NCBI GenBank assembly: GCA_964247055.1
Contig: OZ176050.1
Location: 13,702,001-13,766,000, forward strand
Reading direction: 5' to 3'
Length of the DNA stretch: 64,000 nucleotides
DNA from: Paragordius varius
Taxonomy: Eukaryota > Animalia > Nematomorpha
In this document: piece after piece, positions 39,201 to 52,200 of the stretch
Layout of the letters: each line of letters begins with the position of its first letter
Position numbering within the stretch: position 1 is the first letter of the stretch
Made by a program: the position numbers and the translations under genes
The notes under the pieces: model-generated
What the model saw: only the letters and a program-made list of their open reading frames with translations
Told to the model about the DNA's origin: nothing
The model's database searches: none

Positions 39201-42200
39201 TTTTTAACAAGCCTAATCAATTTACATTATCATTGATATATAGCTGTTTTGTATTTCTTTAATTTGTTAAAACGCCATTTCCAGAAACGTCCTTGTACCA
39301 CACTTTACATAAAATTAAGTATTTCTAAATAAATTTTCTTTTAGAGTAAGAGTTAAATTTTATAAAACTTCTTATCACAAGACTGAGATTGAGAAAATGA
39401 GTAGTTTTGGGATTTGTTTGTTCAGGCGATATCTAAACCCATCATAGTCTTAGAGTTCAACCCAGTGGTTCTCAACCTTTTTTTGTTCACGCCCTCCCCC
39501 TCTCCCCCAATTAAAATAAATTTATAATATTATAAAAATCATAATCAATGAAATCCTTGTATCTGCGATTGCTGAAATATTTTCATATGGGGACAAATAT
39601 TTATAAATTGCACCTGAAATCCTTATTAAATTACAATTTTTTTCTAGTGATATTTTATAATTGAATTCTCCAAATTTTTTGCCCCCTCCCCCCACCCCAG
39701 ATTTTTTTAAGCCCCCCTTTTGGAAATTACTGGTTTAAACCTTATACACTCTCTTAGTTAATAAATACGATAGAGTTAGATTTTAACTATAAAACATAAA
39801 TACCTATCTCTACAATTAGGTTATTATATCCATATTTATTATAACAAACATCAGATAATCATCAAAATCCGATGACAAATTATACGCCACAGCTCAATCA
39901 AACGACCAAATTTAGCAATAACAACAAAAAGGGTAAATGTGGCGGATCACATCACAATCTGTATGATAAAAAGATTAAATTTGATCCATATATGTCGACA
40001 CTGCCTATAAATACCTCCAATTCTCCGTCCTACGATAAGTTTCGATTCCCGCTTTGTTTGCAAAGTGCCGTGTCTACAAAAGAGCCCAAAACAGCTAAAA
40101 GATATAAATCCGTTTCCCCCAAACGAAACACAAATTTGCAAATCGAATACGATGATGATTATCTCATCAAAGTTCAAATGTTGCGAAAACATTTCCTTAA
40201 ACGACAACAATTAACTAATATGCGCACCAATCAAAATCAGAATTGGGTATGCAACAAACCCAATGATATGAATAATTCCAAGCAAAATGGAATAGGTAGT
40301 TTTTTAATTATTATACTAACATATATGTTTGATTAAAGTGTAGTCCACAAGGCGCAAATGTTGGAAATGAGATATTTTGTTAACACTTCGATTCAAATTG
40401 GGGTATCTAAATATCCCAGACTAAATTTGAGCCAGGATATTTAAAAAACTAATGAAGGAAAAGGTCCCAATTTAAATTTATGCTTCTATTCAATAAAAAT
40501 TTTATAAATATGCCAAAATATTTAAATAAAATTTTGTTTTGAAAAAAAAGTTCCATGTCAAACTACTTCGACGCCATTTTTATTTTATTTTGCAAATTCT
40601 CGTCTTCTTTTAATAAGGGTAAAATTAAAGCTAATTTTTTATTTATATTACATCTAACATTGCTAGAAATAAAAAAAGCGTTTATTATGTAATATTTTTT
40701 AATTTTACTATTCACATGTCACTTTGACTAAATTTTTACCTTTCTGTTTTAGCTTAAAATAGTAATATCAAGTATTTTTGAATAAAAATTTTTTATATTC
40801 GGTTTATGAATGTTATATAAGTGCAAATTTCCATGGTTTCAATTCCTTCCATATTTTTAAAAGATTTTAATTCTAAACAGGCCTGGGTATCCAATTACCC
40901 CAATTTGAATCGATGGACTAAAATTAATGTGTTGTATCTAAGTGTTAAAACTATATGAATTAGCAACGTTTAATAAATGCTCGGATAAAGTTAGCGCAAT
41001 ATATTATTAGTAAATGTATATTACTAGAAAGTTATTAATTATTGCCAAATAGCATATGCAGCAAAGAGAATTATTATTGGCTAATAATAATAAAAATAAC
41101 TAAAAGCCAATAATACTGCCCTTTGTTGGATATGCTATTTGGGAATATTTACTATCTTTCTAGCAATGTATACTTACTCATACTGTGTATTAGATCAGGG
41201 CTGCCCAATAAAATGGCTTCGTGGGCCGCATTTTCAAAAAACATGTCGGGCCACATTTCAAATATATATATGCGGGCATTGATAAATAATTTTAAATTTC
41301 ACACATAAGTCTATAAATGCAAACAAACACAATATAATATAACAAATTTTCTAGTTTTAGCCACTTATGAATTATTTTGAAATATTGCTGCTTAAGAAAT
41401 ATCAATTTTATTTTTGTGAGCATATTTTAGCAAATTTTCGGAGTTTCCATTTTTTCACAGGCCGCACGTGTGTGGGACACCCCTGTTATTAGATATAATA
41501 CTAAGGATATCAAATATTTTAATTAAAAAAGTTATACATTATTTACAATTTTCCTATTTTTTTCCAAAGTCGCGCATTTTTCATATTCTTTTAATAGGAT
41601 AGTGTCTTTAAAGCCGAAATCGCTTGACAAGACTTATAATATTTATTTATTTCAATAATAAATAATCAATTATATTGAATTATTTAAAATATATATTGGT
41701 AATTTGGCTGGAAATTACTCATTATTTATTCGCCGGTAAATATTATCCAGGTTTGTAATATTTGCGCTGTAAACATTACGAAACGGGTAATCAAATTTTG
41801 AGTTGTATTTTTGGCGACTTTGGAATCGGTAATTTATTTCAATGATACTGTTTAACATTTTAAAACTACCTTAGTAATTTGATTATGCAATCATATGAAT
41901 TTTAAAAATTATTTTTTAATGGAAAAATCCATATTTCAATGGCAAAATTTTTTGAACACTGGCATATTTAAACCGACCAGAAAAATTTAAAAGTCTATAT
42001 AGAAAAATTAAACATAATATGCTTCTAATTTGCGATTTATGTGTAAATAACCGAATTAGAGAAGCCAAACTAGCGAACTTTGATATATAGTTTGTGCAAA
42101 ACAACTATTAATGCTATATTTATGGATCTTCAATGTTAAGCCAAAATTTATGGTGATAAAGAAGAGCAGCTTGCCTAAAATATCTAATAATAGATATTCG

Positions 42201-45001
42201 AAAGGAAAGTTTGAGGTATGGTCTTAGGCTTAATCCTAACAAAACCAAAATATTATGTACAGGAAAAAAGCCTACAATTATAATAGAAGGAGTAGAAATA
42301 GAAATAGTTAAACAGTTAACGTTTTTGGGCGCAATAATTTCAGAGGATGGGTCTTCAACTCCTGACATCAGAAAGAGAATAGGATTGGGTAGAGAAGCGA
42401 TGACCAAATTAATAAAGATTTGGAAAAACAAAAGCGTAGGAGTTGAAACCAAAAAAAGATTACTCTACTGTTTCGTTCTCCCGGTCACCACATATGGATG
42501 TGAGAGTTGGACCCTCAAAAAAAGGGACAAGGAAAGGCTCATGGCTTTTGAAAGGAGCTGCTGGCGTAGGATGCTAGGATACACCTGGAAGGATAAAATT
42601 AAGAATGAAAGTCTAACTACAGAAATAAAACCTAAAACAAACATCATGGAGATAATTCTAAAAAGAAAGTTAACATATTTTGGTCATGTCATGCGATCGA
42701 ATTCTCTGGAGAAAGATACAATGTTTGGGAAGGTAGAAGGGCAAAGGAAACGAGGCCGACCACCGATGAGGTGGTTGGATATGATAAAAGAAGAGACCAA
42801 AATGACACTGAAAGAGCTCAATATAGCGGTTAAAGATAGAAAAAAATGGAAAGAAATAGTTAAAACTATATCCAAAAAGTCGTTTACGACTTAGGAAAAA
42901 CCAACCAACCAGATACAAGAAGTCTTAACATATATTTTAATTAAATAAAATACTTTAGCTAAGTGTGTTTCTTCTGATATTTGCTTAAAAATTTTAAATA
43001 TCTGATAAACACTAATATATTTGTGGCTGGCTTAAAGTGTCTTATTTATTGCGATTATAAATAAATACCACAATTATTAGTAATTTTTTTATTTATTTTA
43101 TAAAAACGTGGCATAGATGACGACATGCACAATCCAAGTCAACTGCAAATAAACCAAAAATCCTCGAAAATGCTCAAAAGTGCATTTAAATCTTCAGTAT
43201 CTACCACGTCTTATTCATCAACTACCATTTTAAAGTCGTCCACAGATAGTCAGGAATCAGCAAAATCTGCCCACAGGTAATACAAATTAAAATTTTACAG
43301 AAAACATATATACCATTTACAGTTCAAATTTACCCTTGAACAGTTCAATTTCACCCTAAAAAACAATTATGTCTATTCGACTAATATAACTCATCACTAA
43401 TATTAAACATATCTTTATGGCATAGTTTTTTATTTTTTTCAGTATTATTTTAATATTAAGCAAAATTTTAATTTTTAAAAATATATCAATATAGGTAATT
43501 TATAATTTTAAAAAATACATAATTTATTTAAGGTTGAATTGTTCAAAGGTGAATTTATGTTCTTCAAATGTGATTTTGAATTGTTCAAGGGTAAATTTGA
43601 ATTGTAAATTGTATAAAAAACTTGTATTTTTGTCAAAATGTATCTTCTAATTTTTGATTGAATTTATATGGGAAAAATTAAAAAAAGGTATGTTGTACAT
43701 ATGTTTTTACCTTTTGTCCAAATAACATTAATTTTTATTACAATAAAAATTAAAATTATACGGACAAAATCTAAAAATATAAAGACATTTTTTTTCAAAA
43801 GACAATCAATGACATATTTTACGATTATTAGATGCTTTTAATAGGATAAATTAAGCTTTAAAAAAGTATGGTTGTCTTTTAAAAAATTGTCTTTTGGATT
43901 ATTGCGTTTTGTCAGAATATATTAATCTTTATTATGTTTAAATTAGACGAGCAAATCGAGTGTTTTCCTATTTATGTTAAAATATATGGGTTGAATATAA
44001 ATAAATTTTTTCATTATATAATTTACAGGCGCAAACAGCAACCCCCGTTTCAAAATCAAAAAATATCGTTCGACCTATCAACTACGAATGACACCTCAAG
44101 CATTGCCGATAGTTTAAACAATCCACCCGACAAACATAAAATGGATAATCCAACCACATCTAAAACATTTAAAAAAGGTTTGTGTTCGATAAAAATATTG
44201 GATCCTTTTAGACATCATTTCTATATTTTACCGTTTTTATAGCGTATATTAATACTCTTTTAAATATATAGAAAATAATGTTGAAACCAAAAAACGAACA
44301 CTGAGTCGACGCGACATTCTCATCAAAAAAGTGTCAAAAAATGTTTCTTTCATTGCGAATCACATTCGGGAGGAAGACGAAGGGGCTATGGTAATTTTAC
44401 TATAATATATATCATTTACAATTCAAATTCACCCTTGAACAATTCAAATGCACCCTAAAAATAAATTAAGTGTTTTCGGGCTAGTATAACTTAACATTGA
44501 TATGAAATAAATGTTTACTACAAAGTTTATTATTTTTTCAGCAGTATATTAATTTTGAACAGAGTTTTATATTTAAAAAATATTAACAAAATAAAGTTAA
44601 TTTTTTAATTTTAAAAAACACATTATTTATTTTAGGATGAATTTCAATTGTTTGAGGGTAAATTTGAGGATGAATAAGAATTGTTTAAAGGTGAATTTGA
44701 ATTGTGTGAGGGTGAATTTGAATGTAAATGGTATATGTTTTCAAACTGTCCGTAAAATTATTTTTATTGTCACCATTACATGGTATCAGGTCACTTTAAT
44801 ATGCTAAACACATTTTTTATATTACAGAAAAGGGAAGATTGGAAGTATATAGCCATAGTGATAGATCGCATTCTCCTTTACATTTTTGTGTTTGTAAGTT
44901 TAGCCGGAACATTAGGAATCATTATTAGTGCACCGCACATCTTCGAAAAGGTTGATCAGCAAGCACGAATCGAATACTTGACTGGAAAACAGTCAGAATA
45001 A
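32108..45001 (+). CDS. nAChRbeta1: Nicotinic acetylcholine receptor non-alpha subunit, insect beta1/ARD-like (also resembles nematode UNC-29/LEV-1); signal-peptide exon not located
   Basis: Exons 32108-32238 (SEDEERLVKDLF), 32890-32934, 36580-36689 (WTPDIVLFN), 37116-37406 (Cys loop CIMDVRYFPFDEQHC, KFGSWTF), 37690-38627 (M1-M3, EKITLGISILL), 39855-40295, 43117-43276, 44029-44177, 44272-44390 (VSFIANHIREED), 44828-45001 (EDWKYIAIVIDR, M4, APHIFE). One frame throughout, ~850 aa, no vicinal Cys in loop C. Orthology is inferred from recognised motifs only. Confidence 0.93.
34603..34794 (-). mobile_element. tRNA-derived SINE with target-site duplication
   Basis: tRNA-like head with A/B boxes on the minus strand; flanking direct repeat taaacattaatttttatt at 34581 and 34796. 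Confidence 0.8.
35854..36329. mobile_element. piggyBac-like MITE; related copies at 40384-40944, 61158-61679 and ~62380-62915
   Basis: TTAA on both sides of three copies, C(A/C)C...GTG termini, asymmetric internal inverted repeats (gattcaaattggggtatcta). Confidence 0.75.
37433..37624 (-). mobile_element. tRNA(Lys)-like SINE in nAChR intron 37407-37689
   Basis: Head GGCGTGATGGTATAATAGG...GACTCTTAC...GTTCGAACCCCG (A box, Lys-CTT-like loop, B box); body shared with the 34603 copy. Confidence 0.82.
39463..39732. mobile_element. Small hAT-like MITE
   Basis: CAGTGGTTCTCAA...TTACTG termini; flanks gttcaacc/gtttaaac (6 of 8 match). Confidence 0.55.
41196..41485. mobile_element. Small hAT MITE
   Basis: CAGGGCTGCCCAA...TGGGACACCCCTG termini; tattagat on both sides (one extra T on the right). 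Confidence 0.7.
42161..42911 (+). mobile_element. 5'-truncated RTE-clade LINE in nAChR intron
   Basis: Uninterrupted 227-codon ORF 42211-42894 (GLRLNPNKTK, TYGCESWTL, YFGHVMR, GRPPMRW) followed by an (AACC)n tail. Confidence 0.92.
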
Positions 45002-46801
45002 AAATTTTGTATTGCGTTGAAAAAATAAACACTCAATCAACTGCCCAATCATTGCCAAACATTATCTACTTGCATTTATATAAAAACATATTTATAACCA
45101 ATCAAACAATAAATAATTTTACCAAAAAATTCCTATATATTTGTGTATTTATAATAGTTTGCGAAATTTAGAGTCATAAACATAGATTCTAATTTCAGTA
45201 TTGGATACAATTCATGACCAGTCAAAATCTAAGGTCTCGTAAAAAAATACAGAAAATAACTTAAAAACTTAATATTAACTGTCAACTGTCCATAAATATA
45301 TTAATAATTATTGTGAAAAACTTTGTAACTTCATAGGAAATTAAAAATAAATTTTATGCTTGCGTTTTAATGTCGATATTTATAAGGTAATTCGACTAAA
45401 ATGCAAAAACAAATTTAGCTTATGCAAATCAAAACTATAATATTTTAAAAAACTAGGCTATTCTTTTGAAATATAACGTTATTTATTTGTTATCTGCGAT
45501 GGAGTAATATATGCTATTTTTTTATAATAAAATTTCATAACTATATTATAATTTATGAACGTTTAAATAATTTAATTTAAATATTTTAATATTTCCATAT
45601 ATCAGACGACTTTACTCCATCTTAGGTAACGAACAAATTAATGACATGTCTTATTATTTAAAAATATTTGAAATCTTTCAATTTTTAAGTAACGGGGTCC
45701 TATTTATCATTTTCAACAGTTTAAAAAGTTAATATCTATTATTAAATTATCATCGACCGTTTGCAAATTTCGAAGGTAGCATTTTTAATTAACGAAATAC
45801 AGTACAAGTAAGTATAAATTGCTAGAGAGTTAATAATACCAAATAGCATATACAACAAAGGGCAGTATTATTGGCTTATAGTTATTTTTTTCACTTTTTA
45901 ATATTATTAGTCAATAATAATTCTCTTTGCTTCAAATACTATTTGGCATGACTTTCTAGCAATATATACTTATTCATACTGTATATACAGTAAAAAATGA
46001 AATTATACGGACAAAATGTAAAAATATAAAGACAAATATTTTTTTCTAAAAGACAACCAGACTTTTCAAAACCTTAATTTTTTCTGAATTTCACACTTTG
46101 CCATTTAAAACAATGATTTACACTTGTATTAATATAAATCTAGATTTAAAAAGTATGGTTGTCTTTTAAAAAAAATATTTGTCTTTATATTTTTACATTT
46201 TGTCCGTATTTCAATTTTTACTATATTGAATTTACATATGTATAATTAATGAACCTTAATTTTAATTTTTTTTATTTATTAAAAAACATTTAATAATTGC
46301 TTACTTGGCAAAGATATCAATTAACCTTTTTACTTTTATACAATAAATATTCTAATATATAATATTCTTTAAATGTGGCTCTATGTTTTTCAAATTTGGT
46401 TTCTATTTCTTAAAATCAAGTTTGTTGATTCTCTTTCATCCCTACCAGGTTCGTTTTTAATAAAATAATTCGTCTTGACTAATTATAGTCGACCAATCAA
46501 AGAAATTTTTTATATAAAGTTATTATTTAAATTAAATATGGATGTCTTAAGCAAATGAGTTTTATAATCCAAGTAAATTTGAATTTCAAAGTTTAAGGTG
46601 CTGAGAAATTGGGCCAAATATTTGATTTATGCCCTCTATGGCAGAAAAATGCAACTGAATTCTGACGTTGTTCTCAGATTTTAAGCATTTTAAATAACTT
46701 TTTTCCAATTAAAAAAATGGGAAACTAGTTGTATAATCAATTACTTTGCTAAAATCTTTGTGGAAAAATTTTTCAAAATATATACCATTTATAGTTTAAA
46801 C

Positions 46802-48713
46802 CAGTGGTACTCACCAAAAAAAATTTGAGGGGCCAAATAAAATATATTTTTTTTCGAGGGCCATGAACTTATAATGGCATATATTCCATAGCTATTTGAC
46901 ACATATGCACATATTTATACCCTAAATCAGCACAAAGAATTTTTTGCGTAACGCATGTGAATCCAGCTAAAATTCGGATTGCACCATTTAAATTAAATTA
47001 AAATATTGATAACAACATTTATTTTGATATTAATCAATAATTTTTGACGAATTTGGTTTTGCCTCATGACAGGCCAATCATAGGTCGTCTATGATTATTG
47101 GTTAAGCGATTTTTGAATGTAGTCTACATACTTCATTTTTGAATATGCCGTCTCACACGTGTAAGAGGGGAAATCAGTTAGGATAATTTGAGCACATTTT
47201 TTATATTTTCATATTTATTTGGCACATTGCCCTACGATCTTTGAATATAGCCCCAAATTGGAATTTTTAAAATTTCAATGATATAGGCCTGATCAAAACC
47301 GAAATTATCAATGCTTAATATTGGATGCCATGTATTTTCAACGTGTTTTAAGCAATTTATGATATTCTTAATTCTTGAAATCTGAATTTCATCCCAATTG
47401 ATATAAATATTAAATGATTGTCTATTATTGAAATAATCATTGCGGTAAATTCCATATTTTCTTCATAAATCGTTTTAAGTGTTGGAAAATATAGGAGTGG
47501 TTTAATTATAATATCTTGTTTATATATTATTAATTTTTCTTCAAAAGCAAATATATGATTGGCGAATTGGGTTACTATTTTGTTCCTGGAAGACTTGGAT
47601 TAAAATTACTAAGATTAGAAGTAATGTCGCAAAGGTAGGCTAATAAAACCCACCATTTGTCACTATTAATTTCCTCGTCAAACTTTCTGTTATCTTATAT
47701 AAATAATATAATTTCATGTCTTAAAACAAAAAATATATTTAATACTTTGCTAAAACTTAGCCATCTCATAGCGGTGTACAAAAGAAGATCATCAAACTCA
47801 CTGTGGATATCTTTCATAAGGTTTTTGAAATTACGGCGGTTAAATTCCACGGATTCACTATATTTAAATTAGCGCAACCATTTATTAGACATTCTCTTAT
47901 TAGTTGGAAATCAGTAAACGTTTAATATTTTTTTCCTAAAATAGAGCGAATTTCATACGAAGCTAATGTTATATCTTTTTCCTAGAAAGCTATGGACATA
48001 ATAGATTTTTTTTGGTATAATTCCTTAATCTTTATATGTTTCATGATTTTCTGGCTATTTATGAAAATGATGTATTGTAAATCTTTCAATTTTGTATTTT
48101 TTTATAATTATGTTGTCCTTACATATAAGGCAGATAACAACATTTTTATTTTAAACGACAAAGAATTTTTCTTCCCATTCTTTTTCAAAAGAGCGATTTT
48201 CATCGGATAATTTACGTTTTTAGCATTAGATGTCATCCTTTAAATTTAAGTTTAAATATTAACTATTTTTCAAAAAATAGGAATATAATTTGAATAATGC
48301 TATAAAAAACAGATCGAAATATGATGTTAATTTGAAAAATATTTTATGGGAATGAGTTTGAAAAATTATGCAGGATAGCAATGAAAAAAATATATAAATG
48401 CAAGTTTGGGTGAAAGGCATGCTTAAATACAAAAAAGGATTGCAATAAAAATTTCAAATTATAAAAGAAAATAGAATATCGAAACATAAACAACGTGCGC
48501 CAAAATTTTGAAATCATTTTAATGTAGGGAAATTTTATTTTAAATGGGTTAAAAATAAAAATACCGAAATTAAATCTAAGGAAAATGAATTAAATTAAGC
48601 GAAAATTCGGTTATGTGTATTTTAGAAATTCATCATAAAAAAATAATATAAATATCAATATGAACATAGGGCAGTTTCAAAGCACTCCTAGGGCCGCGGT
48701 TTGAGTGCCACTG
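46802..48713 (-). mobile_element. hAT (Buster/SPIN-like) element, second copy without the LTR insertion, nested in a family A MITE
   Basis: Same TIRs as 8492-15209; exact 8-bp TSD GTTTAAAC at 46794-46801 and 48714-48721; colinear with copy 1 apart from an internal deletion. Confidence 0.92.
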
Positions 48714-49245
48714 GTTTAAACACTCTCGAACAATTTAATTTTACCCTAAAATAAATTATGTGTTTTTTAAGATTAAAAATTGACTTTATTTTATAATATT
48801 TTTTAAATATGAAATTCTGTTAAAAATTAATATATTGCTGAAAAAATAAACTATGTCGTAAAAATATGTTTCATATTAATGATGATTTATATTATCCCGA
48901 AAACATGAATTTAAATTGTTCAAGGGTGAATTTTTAAATTGTTCAAGGGTAAATTTGAATTGTAAATGGTACATTATCAAATATATTTATAGCTATGTAA
49001 TATTATTTTTATACTTGCGGTTCTAAGGTCGCATTTTTTAAACTCTGCTAAAATGGGCGAAACTGCGCTAAATATAGTCACATTCTAAAATTAAAAAATA
49101 TGGCACATTTAAACCTTATTAAACCGGATTAAACTGTAAGATTTTATAAATACTAATAAAATGTAATTATTATGTGATACCTAAGATTTATTGATAATAG
49201 CTTCCTATTCTACATACAAATTTTTATACAAATTTTATTTTATAG

Positions 49246-52200
49246 TTTTGTGTAATTACACCCGTACTATAAAACCCGAAGATATCCTAAGGTAATATAG
49301 ATATATAAATATATATATAGATACATTTTTTGCCTAAATATAAAGCGATAAAAATATGCATCTAAATTAAAATGCGAAAATAATAGACCTTCTGGAGGCT
49401 TAGATTCAAACCTACGTATATTAACGGAGAATGGATATTTAATGTGGATCATCGATGCTAATTTTGTTCCCTATGACAATTCCACCCGCAATCTTGATTT
49501 GGTTGTTAAAAGCGACGCTTTATCCCTAAAAGAATATTTCATACATCAATACAATCCAGAGGTAAATTGATTACATTACTGTAGACATCATCTCATTATT
49601 ATAGAAAAACCACTTTTTGTAACAGTTGTATATTTATATTTTACCTAAAAATTTAAAATTAATTGAAATTATGCGGACAAAATTTAAAAATATAAAGACA
49701 AATGTTTTTTTCTAAAAGACAACCATACTTGTTTAAACTATTTAAAAAGGTAGCTCATTGTTTAAAATTGCAAATTATAAAATTGTATGTTGGTTACACA
49801 ATCAGTTATACATTTTACGTAATAATATATCTATTGAACAAAAATTAAGGTTTATAAAAGTATATAGTTGTCTTATAGAACAAAATTGTCTTTATATTTT
49901 AACCTTTGTCCGTTCAATTTAAGTTTTTACTGTAATATTAATTGAAGTTTTAAATTATTACAAGCTGCTTAGAAGTTGGGAAAATAGGTGCTTATTACTA
50001 AAAAAATATTTACTAAACTATGTAAAAATGGAAAATAAATAATAAATATTAATTTTTCTAAAGACCCTTATAAAGGCTCGGTATATAAGGGGCCGTCTAT
50101 TATTTAAATATACATATATATATATATATATATATACTAGCGTAAATTTCGTGCTGCTACGCAGCCCGAGGAAGTCCTTCGGACTTCTGGGGGGGTTTCG
50201 AAGTTTGGATTTGAATGGGTCTACCGGTTTTCCGGTACCAGATCACAAAGTTACATGAGGAATCGGTTTTTAACGGGTAGCACCTTACCCAGCAGCTATC
50301 ATCAAAGAAACGACTGACTAAAATTTTTGCCTTTTAACAGGGAATACGTGGAATCCATATTGAATTTTTACGGTCTCCTACCTAGGGCGAAAAATAGATT
50401 TAAAAAATTATTTTTGTGGACTTTGTTTTTTGAAAAAAATGGCATTTTACGGGAGGAGCGGGTAAAAAGAGGGCCTAAATCAAAAAAGTGACTCGAGTAT
50501 GTTCGGCGCAATCGAAAATGAGTAAACAAAAATCATATTTGAAATAGAATGGACCAACACGTTCTCCAGAAAATTGTCTCAAAGACACGATTTTTGTGGA
50601 CTTCTGTTTTCAAAAAAAACCGTTTTTCACACGGGGTGGGCCCGAACTGGGGGCCTATTTCAAAAAAAGGGCGAAGTTATTGTCGGGGCATTCATTAATG
50701 ATTATATTTTTTCGAAGTTTGGATTTGAATGGGTCTATCGGTTTTCCTGTACCAGATCACAAAGCCAGCATTTTCCATTTTTATAAATATATAGATATCC
50801 ATCGTTTAAAACTTGTTGCAATCATACTAATAAACTATGATAAAGATATAGTTTTAATAACAATTTTTATAGTATCCCAAAATTTTTATAGTTATTAACC
50901 AAATTAGGAACAATATAATAAGATATACAAGTCATGAGTTAGGTTATTGAAACCGATATAATTACTGGGTTAATTGGTAAGAAAATTTTTTCAGATATTT
51001 TAAAGGTTTTTTATATTCTTTAGATTTTATATAATCTACAATTTAATTTTTTAGTTTATCATAGAAATATATCCAGCCATACAAAAATTATATATGTTGT
51101 GTGGAACAAATACCAATTCTGTCGTAGACCCATTTATGAATCATGAAAATTCAACATGTGTTTTAATCAAATCCAGATATCATGTTCTCGTCGAAGATCC
51201 CATCAGAGTTTAAATTAAAAATATATTATAAAGACAAATCTTTTTTTTTCAAAAGACCGCTGTACTTTTTTAAAGATTATTTTTCTCTATAAAACTCATT
51301 GTTTTAACTTGTAAAATATGAAACAGAGATTAATTTAACAAGCTATTATATATTTTACAATGGTAATTAATTGATTTAGAAAGCAAAAAATAAGGTTTAA
51401 TAACGTATGGTTGGTTGTCTTTGAAATTTTTTTTATGTTTTTTACGTTTTGTCTAAATAATTTCAATTAAAATTAAAAATAAATCCTTGGATGTGAAATT
51501 TTGTAAGAAATAATTTTAAATTCCTCGCTCAGAATTTTTGGATAACACAAATATTAAAATCCATTTTTTGAAGTTTAATACATAAAATCGTTCAGCTTTA
51601 TAAAGGTAAACACAGATGTATATAAAAGTTAACCTAAGCTCGATCGCATTCTTACACAACTTATTTTATTGTTTTAGGAACACTGTAGGAAAAATATATT
51701 ATTATGATAGTAGCAACTGAAAATATTTCACAATTAAAATAGAATTTTAAAGAAACCGTTTTCCAGTAAAGAAAACATCTTTTTAACCACACGCAACATT
51801 TTTTCGATCATACGGAACTTTTTAAGCACACTCAACATTTTTCAAACACAACTTTTTTTCAAGCAAAGACAATTAAAAGTCGTTTGGTTGAAAAAATGTT
51901 GCTTTTGACTGAAAAATGGTATAATATTTATAAAAAACCAAAATTAATTTAAATTACATATCTATTATTTATTGTATTGTTATTATCACAAGTTAAGAAT
52001 CAGTCAATACCACGGTAAGATGTTTTGCATGTATGAAATATATTCGAAATTTGCCATAAAATCAAAACCTTGGATATTTCCCTTCAGGTATATAACTAGA
52101 GTTGTGGTCCAAGATGTGAATCCCTTCATAACTCAACTCCCTAACATCAAAGCTAAATTATTTGATTGCGTTAGAATGTATCAAAGTATACCATATTTCA

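Noticed and set aside
41916-42918. Minus-strand ORFs 41916, 42120, 42465, 42670, 42684
   Set aside because: Antisense shadows of the RTE ORF or AT-rich chance frames.
51770-51910. Degenerate ~20-nt tandem repeat (aacattttttcaa.cacac)
   Set aside because: Short, irregular and intronic; no evidence of function.
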